Shown here: positions 1 to 9,592 of the stretch, in pieces
How the letters are laid out: each line of letters opens with the position of its first letter
How positions within the stretch are numbered: the stretch's first letter is position 1
Sequence record: NZ_CP096760.1
Source of the DNA: a plasmid
DNA: 64,000 bases
Strand: one strand, 5' to 3'
The notes under the pieces: generated by a model
Seen by the model: only the letters and a program-made list of their open reading frames with translations
Database searches by the model: none
Told to the model about the DNA's origin: nothing
Translations under genes and position numbers: made by a program

Positions 1-1909
1 CTTAACCCTTTCAGAAGCTTGTTTGGAGCTTGATGATCGCGGTTTATTGTTAATTACAGGCAAGAATGATGACGATACATCAGCAAATTCAAATGGCGCT
101 GGTAAATCATCACTGGTCGACGGTATCTGCTGGGCGTTATACGGTACGACGGCGCGTGATGTTACAGGGGATGACGTTGTAAATGAAACAGCCAAAAAAG
201 ACTGCTGTGTATCTTTACAGATCGAAGATGATGGCAAGCTTTACAACATTACTCGTTATCGCAAAAGCAAAAAATTCAAGAATGCATTAATTGTCTCAAG
301 CGTTGATAAAGCTGGCGTTGAAACCAACCTGACCAAAGGGACCGACAAGGAAACTCAGCTTCTCGTGAATGCCATTGTCGGATGCTCAGCAGACGTATTC
401 ACATCAGCCGTCTATGCAGGGCAAGAACGAATGCCTGACCTTCCATCGATGACAGATAAGACCTTAAAAATGTTAATCGAGGAAGCTGCTGGGATTGAAG
501 TGCTAGAAGCAGCTCATGCCATTGCTCGAAAAAACTTGAACGAAGCCAAGCTTGAGCATAGCGAAGCGCTGCATAAGGTTAGTTTGATTGACGCTCACAT
601 TGCCAATGTTGAGGCATCTCTGCTTACGGTCGAGAAACAGTCTTTAGATTTTGAAATTACCAAAAAAGACCGAGCCAAAGAGCATCTTAAACTTTGCTTA
701 CCGCATCTTGCGACCATTCGTGAATGTGAGGCTCAGCTCGACCTAGAATCCCCTGCCAAAGAAATTGAACAAATCAACGAGCAAATTGAACAGTTAAAGG
801 AAATCCAGAAACAGCACACAGCCAAAAGCCTTGAGCTTCGCAAAATTTACGTGGACTTCAATGCACGCGTCCATTTGGCCAAAGTCGAAAAACAGAACAT
901 CGAAAAGTTAAAAGCTGAAATTGCTAACTCTCAATCACTAGTGGGAACGCCGTGCAATGAATGTGGCAAGCAATATTGTGCAGAAGATTTGCATGACGCC
1001 ATTCAGGCCCGCGAAACACTGGTTAAAAGCAAAATTAAACAAAACAATGAAATCATCCTGAAAGCTAGGGAGATTGATGAACAAAGGAAAAATCTTGAGG
1101 CTGAGATTTCAGAGCTTGAGGATCAGTTAAAGCAGTTACCGACTCTTCAAGCGAAACTGGAAAAACTAAAACAGGATGCACAAGCCCAGTCATTAGCGGA
1201 AGAACGCAAGAAAATCGCAGAAGAGGCTGTGGCGCGCATCAAGGCGGAATCTCGCGAGAAGCTTAATGAAGTCAGTCCATTTGTCGCTCAGTTAAAAGAC
1301 TTGAATGACAAAAAGGTTAAATACCTTAAAGCCAGAGAAGACAAGCAGAAAGCCGCAGATTCAGCACTTGAGAAAGTTGAGCTTGCAAATATGGCGGTGA
1401 ATATTTTCGGTCCTGCTGGTGTACGCGCTCACATTCTCGATACCGTCACTCCATTCCTGAATAGCCGCACATCCGAATACTTGGGCGCATTGTCTGACGG
1501 CAACATTCATGCAACTTGGTCAACGCTATCTGCTACGGCCAAAGGTGAGCTGAAGGAGAAATTCAGCATCACGGTTGCAAATGATTCAGGCGGTTCTTCA
1601 TTCAAGAAATTATCAGGCGGAGAAAAACGTAAGGTTCGTCTGGCTACAGCTCTTGCCCTTCAAGATTTAGTGATGAGCCGTGCAACCAAGCCAATCAATC
1701 TATGGATTGCCGATGAAATTGATTATGCGCTCGATGAAAGTGGATTAGAACGACTTATGGTCGTGCTGGACAGAAAGGCTCGTGAGCGCGGAACAGTGCT
1801 GATCATTTCTCATCAGAGCGGGTTAAAGGACTGGGTAGATTTGGTCATCGAAGTGACCAAGAAAGAAGGTACTTCAACGGTTTCAGGAGACAACCTCAAG
1901 GCAGCATAA
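1..1909 (+). CDS. SbcC/Rad50-like SMC-family recombination ATPase (5' partial; reading frame open to window edge)
   Basis: Walker A GKNDDDTSANSNGAGKSS near N-terminus. Long central coiled coil with CxxC zinc-hook-like CNECGKQYC. ABC signature LSGGEKRKV. Walker B LWIADEID. H-loop ISHQ. Frame has no stop back to position 2. Confidence 0.8.
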   Translation, partial: LTLSEACLELDDRGLLLITGKNDDDTSANSNGAGKSSLVDGICWALYGTTARDVTGDDVVNETAKKDCCVSLQIEDDGKLYNITRYRKSKKFKNALIVSSVDKAGVETNLTKGTDKETQLLVNAIVGCSADVFTSAVYAGQERMPDLPSMTDKTLKMLIEEAAGIEVLEAAHAIARKNLNEAKLEHSEALHKVSLIDAHIANVEASLLTVEKQSLDFEITKKDRAKEHLKLCLPHLATIRECEAQLDLESPAKEIEQINEQIEQLKEIQKQHTAKSLELRKIYVDFNARVHLAKVEKQNIEKLKAEIANSQSLVGTPCNECGKQYCAEDLHDAIQARETLVKSKIKQNNEIILKAREIDEQRKNLEAEISELEDQLKQLPTLQAKLEKLKQDAQAQSLAEERKKIAEEAVARIKAESREKLNEVSPFVAQLKDLNDKKVKYLKAREDKQKAADSALEKVELANMAVNIFGPAGVRAHILDTVTPFLNSRTSEYLGALSDGNIHATWSTLSATAKGELKEKFSITVANDSGGSSFKKLSGGEKRKVRLATALALQDLVMSRATKPINLWIADEIDYALDESGLERLMVVLDRKARERGTVLIISHQSGLKDWVDLVIEVTKKEGTSTVSGDNLKAA

Positions 1910-2001
1910 GGCATAAAGCGCTAGAAGCTACAAATACGTAGTTTTTAGCGCCTTTTCATAGTCAAACGTACATTTGAGTCATTTAATTCAAGAGGCGCAA
2001 C

Positions 2002-2838
2002 ATGACGCAAAAAGATGAGCAATTAGATGCATTCGAGCAAATGCTTGAGAGTGAATTTTCAGATGAAGATTTGCAAATGCTGGAAGATTCCATCGAAGAA
2101 GAAATCAGACAAGACGCTTTGCTGAAGGAGGAAATGGAAGGCGAGATTTTTGTCGTCCTCAACGAGTTTGCTGAACAAGCCGAACATTACATCAAAGAGA
2201 TTTATGACAAGGTAAAAATTACACGCGAAATCGACTCTACGGGCAACAGACACAGTAATTTCATGCATTACATTTCTGATGCCCTATCAGCAGAGACGGA
2301 TCCATATAACCTGATTTTTTCAGTTCCTCGACCGATGATCTTTGACGGTGAGCGCGTCCTTAATTCGCACAGCGCTTATTTCAAAGATCATGTGCCCATG
2401 ACGGCAATAGGCGGGGAAAATATGCTGTTGTGGGATTTACGGGTCAATGCCGACAACAATGCGTTAATCATCAGATTTTTAGCTGAACCAAATGTATATG
2501 CGCCAACAGCTACCGTGCAACTCGATTTAACGGATAGGAACATTACCCATCATTTTTTAGACCCGCTACCGCAAACACAATCAAATAATTCAGCCAACGT
2601 TCAGCGTGCAGTCTTGGAATTCCTAGTCCGGTTCTTTTCCTATCGAGAAACCGAAGATGATTACATCCTAGATTCGGAAGATTACCAGGAACTAATTCTG
2701 CGGAAGATTGATACGGACTCCAATGATCTCGTCAATGCCATCGTGTCAATTAACCTGATCATGGACAAATACGCCGAGATAAAACGCAGAGAGGAATTTA
2801 AAAGAGCGTATGCAAACCGTGGTATTGAATCATGGTAA
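2002..2838 (+). CDS. hypothetical protein with highly acidic N-terminus
   Basis: Long ORF after SbcC-like gene. N-terminal 60 aa rich in D/E. No recognisable motif. Confidence 0.5.
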   Translation: MTQKDEQLDAFEQMLESEFSDEDLQMLEDSIEEEIRQDALLKEEMEGEIFVVLNEFAEQAEHYIKEIYDKVKITREIDSTGNRHSNFMHYISDALSAETDPYNLIFSVPRPMIFDGERVLNSHSAYFKDHVPMTAIGGENMLLWDLRVNADNNALIIRFLAEPNVYAPTATVQLDLTDRNITHHFLDPLPQTQSNNSANVQRAVLEFLVRFFSYRETEDDYILDSEDYQELILRKIDTDSNDLVNAIVSINLIMDKYAEIKRREEFKRAYANRGIESW

Positions 2839-2969
2839 GCCGCAACTTGGGTGACATGGGTAATTCCGTCACTAACGAATATATAAATATCTTTAACCGA
2901 GAATATTTTAATTATTTATTTAATTAATTTATTCGAAAACGTCGGAACATATCAGACTTGGGAGTTTGT

Positions 2970-3572
2970 ATGAAAATTAAAGCCATCGGAATCGATCCAT
3001 CTTTAAGAAACTTCGGATTAGTCGTTGCTGAAATCGACATTTCAAACGATGACTATCCTTTCGAAATTAAGGACATGATGTTGGCCCAAACCGAAAGCAG
3101 CAAGGAAACCAAAAAGACTGTACGTAAGAACTCGGATGATCTAAGACGTGCCAAAATCCTGCATGACGGCATGATGCATATGATCAACAAACATAAGGTG
3201 ACATTTGCTTTCGTAGAGATACCAACTGGATCACAAACCGCAAGAGCCATGTCTTCTTATGGAATTTGCATCGGTATTTTGTCAGCTTGTCCAGTGCCGA
3301 TGATTCAATTAACCCCGTTTGAAGTAAAACTCGCCGGTACGGGCATTAAAACAGCCACCAAGCACGAAATGATTGAAGCTGCCTTTACAGAACATCCAGA
3401 AGCCAAGTGGCTAATGCACAAGCGAAATGGGGAAATGGTATTGAAAGAAAGTAATGAGCATTTGGCTGACGCGACATTTGCGATCAAGGCTGGCATTAAT
3501 ACCGATGAATTTAGATTTTCTGCTGGCATGATGCGGAATGCATTTTTAGCTACTCGTGCAGAAAAAATTTAA
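2970..3572 (+). CDS. RuvC-like Holliday junction resolvase (phage type)
   Basis: N-terminus MKIKAIGIDPSLRNFGLVV resembles RuvC/YqgF fold GIDPG motif. GGGAG SD 6 nt upstream of ATG at 2970. Track ORF starts at 2958. Confidence 0.6.
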   Translation: MKIKAIGIDPSLRNFGLVVAEIDISNDDYPFEIKDMMLAQTESSKETKKTVRKNSDDLRRAKILHDGMMHMINKHKVTFAFVEIPTGSQTARAMSSYGICIGILSACPVPMIQLTPFEVKLAGTGIKTATKHEMIEAAFTEHPEAKWLMHKRNGEMVLKESNEHLADATFAIKAGINTDEFRFSAGMMRNAFLATRAEKI

Positions 3573-3584
3573 ATTTTGCATTTA

Positions 3585-3630
3585 ATTATTAGTAAGCGCT
3601 TACTATAATTGCATGAGTAAGCGCTTATGA
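3585..3630 (+). promoter_or_regulatory. palindromic promoter/operator motif ATTATTAGTAAGCGCTTACTATAAT plus downstream half-site GAGTAAGCGCTTATGA
   Basis: Perfect TATAAT at 3604-3609. Palindrome TAGTAAGCGCTTACTA. 36 nt upstream of ORF 3646. Confidence 0.55.
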
Positions 3631-3645
3631 TCTTTCGAGGTTCAC

Positions 3646-4026
3646 ATGAGCAAAGATTTTTCTAGTTTAGAGGGGATGGCGAGAGCTACGAAGGAAGCAA
3701 TGCAGGGCATAAACTGGAACAAGGTTGCTGAACATGCTCGCCGAATTAATACCGAAATACAGCGTGAACAATTCAAAGACTCATCGCGCGAAGATATTTT
3801 GCTAACTATCAGAAAAGCCGCAGAGAAAGCGAGGATAGAAGCAGAGATCAACAAGGTGGCTGACGCAATGAAGAAGCGTGTAATCAATAAGTTTTATGCA
3901 AATGAATACACTGATCACTCAGACATTGCGAAAAAACCACAAGCAAAGCAAGACACGAATTTAGAACCAAAAGAAGAGAAATCTTCTAAACCAAAAACCC
4001 CACTAAACGGCATCGTTGAGTGGTAA
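3646..4026 (+). CDS. hypothetical protein
   Basis: ORF directly downstream of promoter motif. Lys/Glu-rich. Confidence 0.5.
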   Translation: MSKDFSSLEGMARATKEAMQGINWNKVAEHARRINTEIQREQFKDSSREDILLTIRKAAEKARIEAEINKVADAMKKRVINKFYANEYTDHSDIAKKPQAKQDTNLEPKEEKSSKPKTPLNGIVEW

Positions 4027-4047
4027 TTCACTAACTAAGGAAACGAT

Positions 4048-6420
4048 ATGAACGTAACCAAGCGAAATGGCGCGACAGAACCTTTTTCACCATCAAAAAT
4101 TGAAAAAGCAGTCAACTGGGCTGTAGATGGAACGTCGGTCGAATCGCAAGAAGTGATTGATAAGGCAATTTTACTAATTTATGACGGTATCAAAACCAGT
4201 GACATTCAACAGGCATTAATTAAAGGCGCTGCTAAGTTAGTGTCTGCAACCAAAGCTGATGCATCTTTGGTGTCTGCGCGTTTATTGCTGTTAGATTTAT
4301 ATAAAACCGTATGCGGTGTAAACGGCAAAGTCAGCGGTGGTGGCTTTCAGTATCCTCATATCAAAGATTATTTAGAAAAAGGCGTTTCTTTAAAACTGCT
4401 GGACCCTGAACTTTTAAACTATGACCTTGAGCGCATTAATGCCGCTATCAAGCCTGAGCGGGACTTATCATTCCACTACTTAGGGCTTGATACATTAGCC
4501 GACCGTTACTTTATTCGTGCCAATCGCGATATTCGCCTAGAGAAAGAAACAGGCAATATGTCGGGTAATATTATCGAATTGCCACAGCATTTCTGGATGC
4601 GTGTAGCAATGGGTGTTGCCTTAAAAGAAAAACCTGAAATCCGTACTTCTGTAGCGCTGGCTTATTATGAGCTTTATTCGAAATTAGAATACGTCTCCTC
4701 TACCCCAACCCTATTTAATGCTGGTACGTTACATCCTCAGTTATCAAGCTGTTACCTGAACCAAGTCTCAGACACCATTGCTGCTGATGAAGGTGATAAC
4801 CGCTTTGCTTCTATTTTTGGAGCAATTGAAGAAACGGCGTTACTTTCTAAGTTTGCGGGCGGTATTGGTACAGACTGGACGCCAGTACGCGGTGAAAATG
4901 AATTAATTTTTGGAACCAATGGTATTTCAAGTGGTGTAGTTCCATATATCAAGGTCCAGAACAATACCGCAGTTGCCGTAAACCAAGGCGGTAAACGTAA
5001 GGGTTCGGTTGCCCCATACTTAGAAGCTTGGCATCCAGACTTTATGGCGTTTTGTGAGCTTAAAAGAGAATCTGGTGACGACCGCCGCCGTGCTCATGAC
5101 GTATTCCCTGCCGCTTGGGTTCCTGATCTCTTGATCGAACGCAAAGAAGATCCAAATGCCATGTGGTCTTTCTTCTCGCCTAAACGCTTCCCTGAATTGC
5201 ATGAACTTTACGGCGAAGATTTCGTTAAACGCTATGAAGAACTAGAAGCCGCTGGTGAATATGATTTCCAACTTCCGGCTATTCAGGTATGGCGCCATTT
5301 GTTGACCAATTTATTTGAAACAGGTCATCCTTGGATCACTTACAAAGATGAATGTAACCGCCGTAATCCTCAACAACATGCAGGCGTTATTCATCACAGT
5401 AACTTGTGTACTGAAATTACGTTAAATACATCTAAAGACGAAACAGCGGTATGCAATTTAGGTTCTATTAACCTTTCACAAGTAATGTCAGCTCCAAATC
5501 CTTTAGAAAGATTACGTGAAGTTATCCGCTTGGCTATTCGTAATTTGGATTCTGTAATTGACGTGAATTACTACCCTAGCGACCGCGCATCCAACTCTAA
5601 CTTCAAACACCGCCCTATCGGCTTGGGTGTGATGGGTTATTACGAATGGCTGGTAAAACAAGGTGTGGATTTCGAAAGCGAAGAACACTTAAAGCAAGCT
5701 GACGCATTGTTTGAGGCAATTTCTTACTTTGCTATCGAGGCTTCAGCAGACTTGGCTCAAGAACGCGGTTCATATCCATCATTTGAAGGTTCTAACTGGT
5801 CTAAAGGTATCTTGCCAATCGATAACGCCAAATTGATGGAAGACGGCAAACCATTCTTTGATCAACCTCGTCGATTCGACTGGGAGGCTTTACGTGAAAA
5901 AGTCAAAAAAGGGATGCGTAACTCGAACGTTATGGCGATTGCGCCGACTGCAACGATTTCGAATATTGCAGGAACAACTCAATGCACAGAACCGCCGTTC
6001 TTGCTTGAATACTTCAAGTCTAACCTAGGTGGTACTTACCAAGTCGTCGATCCTGCAATTGCTCATGTCGGTGACAAATATCACTTGCTCAAAGAATCGT
6101 ATTATGTCGACCAACTCTACATCATTAAGGCAGCCGCAGTTCGTCAAAAGTGGATTGACCAGTCTCAATCAACTAACCTCTTTGCAAAACAAGGTACAAC
6201 TGGTCGTGATTTAGATTTGTGGTATACAACAGCTAAAAAACTTGGCTTGAAAACCACTTACTACTTACGCAATCAATCTGATGCAGAGAAGAGCGCTTCA
6301 ATGCGAACCAAAGTTATTGCGGAATTAGCTAACGCAGCTTTAGGCAAACTTTCAGAACCAACTGAAAGCGCACCAAAGATGTGTTCAATTCTCGATCCAG
6401 ATTGTGAAAGCTGCCAGTAA
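4048..6420 (+). CDS. nrdA: ribonucleoside-diphosphate reductase alpha subunit (class Ia, with N-terminal ATP-cone)
   Basis: 790 aa. ATP-cone-like N-terminus (VTKRNGATEPFSPSKIEKAV). NLCTEI active-site region. PTATIS motif. C-terminal Cys pair CESCQ. AAGGAA SD. Confidence 0.9.
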   Translation: MNVTKRNGATEPFSPSKIEKAVNWAVDGTSVESQEVIDKAILLIYDGIKTSDIQQALIKGAAKLVSATKADASLVSARLLLLDLYKTVCGVNGKVSGGGFQYPHIKDYLEKGVSLKLLDPELLNYDLERINAAIKPERDLSFHYLGLDTLADRYFIRANRDIRLEKETGNMSGNIIELPQHFWMRVAMGVALKEKPEIRTSVALAYYELYSKLEYVSSTPTLFNAGTLHPQLSSCYLNQVSDTIAADEGDNRFASIFGAIEETALLSKFAGGIGTDWTPVRGENELIFGTNGISSGVVPYIKVQNNTAVAVNQGGKRKGSVAPYLEAWHPDFMAFCELKRESGDDRRRAHDVFPAAWVPDLLIERKEDPNAMWSFFSPKRFPELHELYGEDFVKRYEELEAAGEYDFQLPAIQVWRHLLTNLFETGHPWITYKDECNRRNPQQHAGVIHHSNLCTEITLNTSKDETAVCNLGSINLSQVMSAPNPLERLREVIRLAIRNLDSVIDVNYYPSDRASNSNFKHRPIGLGVMGYYEWLVKQGVDFESEEHLKQADALFEAISYFAIEASADLAQERGSYPSFEGSNWSKGILPIDNAKLMEDGKPFFDQPRRFDWEALREKVKKGMRNSNVMAIAPTATISNIAGTTQCTEPPFLLEYFKSNLGGTYQVVDPAIAHVGDKYHLLKESYYVDQLYIIKAAAVRQKWIDQSQSTNLFAKQGTTGRDLDLWYTTAKKLGLKTTYYLRNQSDAEKSASMRTKVIAELANAALGKLSEPTESAPKMCSILDPDCESCQ

Positions 6421-6441
6421 AACTTTTTTAATTTAGGCGCA

Positions 6442-6466
6442 AATATTAGTAAGCGCTTACTATAAT
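6442..6466 (+). promoter_or_regulatory. palindromic promoter/operator motif AATATTAGTAAGCGCTTACTATAAT
   Basis: TATAAT at 6461-6466. Immediately followed by perfect hairpin TAGGGATGAA-AAG-TTCATCCCTA (6469-6491) and a T-tract. Confidence 0.55.
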
Positions 6467-6499
6467 TATAGGGATGAAAAGTTCATCCCTATTTTATTT

Positions 6500-7507
6500 G
6501 TGAGTATTAAAGAAATTATGACTTACGCAAATCGTATTAATGACCGACGTCTAATTTTAGGTCCCAAGGATGACCTAATGGCAATTAGCCCGATGAAGCA
6601 TACATGGGCAAAAGGCATTCTCGACCGCATGGAAAATAATACGTGGTTTCCGCATGTCGTAAATATGGCAGATGATGTTGCCAGTTATAACCGCTTAAAT
6701 GCCGCAGATCGTTTCATGTTTGATAAAGCATTAGCTTTCTTGTCAAACCTAGACGGCATTCAATTCAACAACATCAACCAGAATATTGCAAAACACGTAA
6801 CCTCTCCGGAAGTTTCCATGTGTTTGTCACGTCAAGCATGGGAAGAAGCGCTACACGTCAAATCATACGCCACGATCATTGAGACAGTCAGTCTTGATCC
6901 AATGAGCGTTTACATGACATTTGAACGTGATGGGTTATTGGCTCAAAAAAACCAGTTCATTCTCAAACAGTCGCGATTACTCGGTGAAAAATTCTCGGCT
7001 GAAGGTTTTGCCCTTTCATGTGTATCAAACGTCTTGCTTGAAGGTGTTTATTTCTTCTCAGGTTTCCTTTCGTTCTATCTGCTTGCCGATAAGGGTGAAA
7101 TGTTAGGTTCAGCCGACATGATTCGCTATATCCAACGTGATGAAGAAGGAACGCACCTAGATTTGTTCGCACATATGCTAGACACCCTTCGTCACGAAAA
7201 TAAAGACGTCTTTACCCAATCCTTCTGGAATAAAGCTCTTGAAGTGTTCCTGACTTCATCAGAAATGGAAATCAGTTGGGGGAAATACATTACTAAAGGC
7301 GTAACGAATCCTAAAGCTATTGAGGATTACATCAAGCATCTTGCAAACCTCCGTGCTGAACAAATTCAAGCGCCGTTTGTGCCATATCCAGGCGTAAAAA
7401 ATCCATTCCCTTGGGTTGAGCAGTTCTCTAAACCTAATACGTCAGAAAAGAACTTCTTCGAAACCCGCGTCACTGACTACAAAGTTGGCGGTGCTTTGGT
7501 TTGGTAA
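6500..7507 (+). CDS. nrdB: ribonucleoside-diphosphate reductase beta subunit (class I, di-iron)
   Basis: Iron ligand motifs EEALHVKSY, EGVYFFSGF, RDEEGTHLDLF. GTG start at 6500; alternative ATG at 6518. Confidence 0.9.
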   Translation: MSIKEIMTYANRINDRRLILGPKDDLMAISPMKHTWAKGILDRMENNTWFPHVVNMADDVASYNRLNAADRFMFDKALAFLSNLDGIQFNNINQNIAKHVTSPEVSMCLSRQAWEEALHVKSYATIIETVSLDPMSVYMTFERDGLLAQKNQFILKQSRLLGEKFSAEGFALSCVSNVLLEGVYFFSGFLSFYLLADKGEMLGSADMIRYIQRDEEGTHLDLFAHMLDTLRHENKDVFTQSFWNKALEVFLTSSEMEISWGKYITKGVTNPKAIEDYIKHLANLRAEQIQAPFVPYPGVKNPFPWVEQFSKPNTSEKNFFETRVTDYKVGGALVW

Positions 7508-7519
7508 GGAGGAACTAAA

Positions 7520-8431
7520 TTGCAAATTACTAATTTCGACCTCGTACACCTCATTGATAAAGCAATTGAGGAAGGTCAAATCAAAGTAAAAATCTTGGCA
7601 GACAGCATCAATGAATACGGCGATCGCCTTGTCACCTTTGAGCTTATGTATTGGTTACCAATACATGCCGAAATGATGACTCATCGTGTATTCAGCCGTA
7701 ATGCCGCATCTAACCGCGCCATTCCTATTTCAAAGATCATTCAGCAAGTCTGGAACAATCCGGCATATCCAATCTTTTGGGGCAAAAACAAGGCTGGCAT
7801 GCAAGCGAATGAACAGTTTTCAAAACGCAAGATTCGCTTGTGCCGATTTGCATGGAAATGGTCAGGTCGCCTGATGTGCGGTGTTGTATGGTCCTTAATG
7901 AAATTAGGACTGCACAAGCAAACGGCCAACCGCTTATTGATGCCTTGGCAATTTATGCATGTGGTTCTTAGCTCTACGGAAATGGATAACTTTTTCGATC
8001 TCCGTATCCATGAGGACGCACAGTTCGAAATCTTCGCTGTTGCTTATCTCATTGAAAAAGCAATGCGTACTTCAACACCTAAAAAGCTCAAATTTGGTGA
8101 ATGGCACTTGCCATATATCACAGACGAGGAACGGAAGCAGCACAAAATCGAGGTATTAAAAAAGGTATCTGGTGCCCGTTGTTGCCGCGTCTCTTTCATG
8201 AACCATTACGGCAATAAATCAAATGTTGGTGAAGATTTAAAACTTTGCGAACGCTTGGTCGGAGCTGAACCTTTGCATGCTTCACCTTTTGAGCACCAAG
8301 CAACACCTGACAGCTTTGATCACCGCACGGAAAAGTATGCCAACCCAACAATGCACGGAAATCTAAAAGGCTGGTTACAACATCGCAAATTCATTGAAGC
8401 AGAAATCTTCTTATCGAAAAACAAGGAGTAA
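7520..8431 (+). CDS. thyX: flavin-dependent thymidylate synthase ThyX
   Basis: ThyX signature RHRVFSRNAASNRAIP (RHRxxSxxxxSxR). TTG start preceded by AAGGAGG SD. Confidence 0.85.
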   Translation: MQITNFDLVHLIDKAIEEGQIKVKILADSINEYGDRLVTFELMYWLPIHAEMMTHRVFSRNAASNRAIPISKIIQQVWNNPAYPIFWGKNKAGMQANEQFSKRKIRLCRFAWKWSGRLMCGVVWSLMKLGLHKQTANRLLMPWQFMHVVLSSTEMDNFFDLRIHEDAQFEIFAVAYLIEKAMRTSTPKKLKFGEWHLPYITDEERKQHKIEVLKKVSGARCCRVSFMNHYGNKSNVGEDLKLCERLVGAEPLHASPFEHQATPDSFDHRTEKYANPTMHGNLKGWLQHRKFIEAEIFLSKNKE

Positions 8432-8434
8432 GTC

Positions 8435-8719
8435 ATGAATATTTTTGGAATCGGACAAAGTAAAGCTACCGAACATCTTGAAGAAAAAGTTGGCATGGGC
8501 CAAGTCAAGCCTAAAACAGTTCGCCATATCACGGCTGATCTTGAGCAAAAGCTGAGTGAGCTTTTCGATTTAGAAGAGCGCCTGTTAGAGGACAACGATG
8601 TTCAAAATGAATTAATTCGATCCGCTACAACTCGCATTGAAGATAACAATGTCGAAATTGCGCGCGCTATCAAAACACGAAAAGCATTAACGGAAGTCTT
8701 TCAGGAGATGAACGGGTAA
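8435..8719 (+). CDS. hypothetical protein
   Basis: ORF tightly packed after thyX; no motif. Confidence 0.45.
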   Translation: MNIFGIGQSKATEHLEEKVGMGQVKPKTVRHITADLEQKLSELFDLEERLLEDNDVQNELIRSATTRIEDNNVEIARAIKTRKALTEVFQEMNG

Positions 8720-8946
8720 TGAGTAAAACGAAGGTAAATCCTAAGTGGTTCAGACATGAGGCATTACATACATCTTATGTCCTTTTAAGCATGGTGAATG
8801 ACCACCTGACTAGGCATCAGTATTACCTAGAGCGCATCAATCCTGAATTTAATCGCCACATTGATGCCGCAATTGAGCATTTGACCGCAGCTTATCAAGC
8901 CGCAGGTAATGAAGGCCTTGAGGTCAAAAAGAAAATAAAAGTCTAA
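8719..8946 (+). CDS. hypothetical protein
   Basis: ORF start overlaps stop of previous gene. Confidence 0.4.
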   Translation: MSKTKVNPKWFRHEALHTSYVLLSMVNDHLTRHQYYLERINPEFNRHIDAAIEHLTAAYQAAGNEGLEVKKKIKV

Positions 8947-8976
8947 ACCGTCTATGTCATTAACAGGAGATAGCAC

Positions 8977-9234
8977 ATGACTATGACTAACGAACAGATC
9001 GAAATGGAAATTAACAACCTTAAGAGCCAATTGACTCAAAAGGCTGATGTTGCTTCCGTTAATACTCTTGCTAATCGCGTTACAAATGTTGAAAACACTA
9101 ACGCTAGTCAAAGCACCTCAATTTCAACTTTGACAAGCCGCATGAATAATGCAGAAGGAGTGAATGTCACTCAAGGCAATTCAATCAATAGCTTGAATTC
9201 GCGTGTAACTAACTTGGAGAACAAAGTTGGCTGA
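8977..9234 (+). CDS. small coiled-coil protein with tandem NxL(A/T)SRV(T)N(L/V)EN repeats
   Basis: Three internal repeats (NTLANRVTNVEN / STLTSRMNNAEG / NSLNSRVTNLEN) visible in translation. Confidence 0.4.
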   Translation: MTMTNEQIEMEINNLKSQLTQKADVASVNTLANRVTNVENTNASQSTSISTLTSRMNNAEGVNVTQGNSINSLNSRVTNLENKVG

Positions 9235-9592
9235 TCAAATCATTTTTAGCGAAATGGTCACGGCTTTGGTGAAAAAAGGTCAGGACATCCTGAATGATAT
9301 GACACCAGAGCAAGCCGATTTACTTCACATGGGTGTCGGTGTTTCAGGTGAATCTGGTGAACTTCTTGACGCAATCAAGAAACATGCAATTTACGGCAAA
9401 CCGCTAGATCGTGAAAACGTGATTGAAGAACTTGGTGATTTAGAGTTCTACATGGAACGTATTCGCCAAATCATCGGGGTAAGCCGTGAGGAAACGATTG
9501 CGGCGAATATGGCAAAATTGGGTAAGCGCTATAGCAAAGGCACTTATTCAAATGAGCAAGCCCAAGCTCGTGCGGATAAGGTGGAAGCATGA
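9227..9592 (+). CDS. MazG-like nucleoside triphosphate pyrophosphohydrolase
   Basis: GESGELLDAIKKH and EELGDLEFY (EExxE/D metal-binding helices) typical of MazG/HisE fold. Confidence 0.7.
   Translation: MADQIIFSEMVTALVKKGQDILNDMTPEQADLLHMGVGVSGESGELLDAIKKHAIYGKPLDRENVIEELGDLEFYMERIRQIIGVSREETIAANMAKLGKRYSKGTYSNEQAQARADKVEA

Noticed and set aside
3585-3609. Interpretation of the GCTTAC element as a T4 MotA-box-like middle promoter
   Set aside because: MotA boxes sit about 12 bp upstream of the -10; here GCTTAC abuts the -10 hexamer directly, so the architecture differs.
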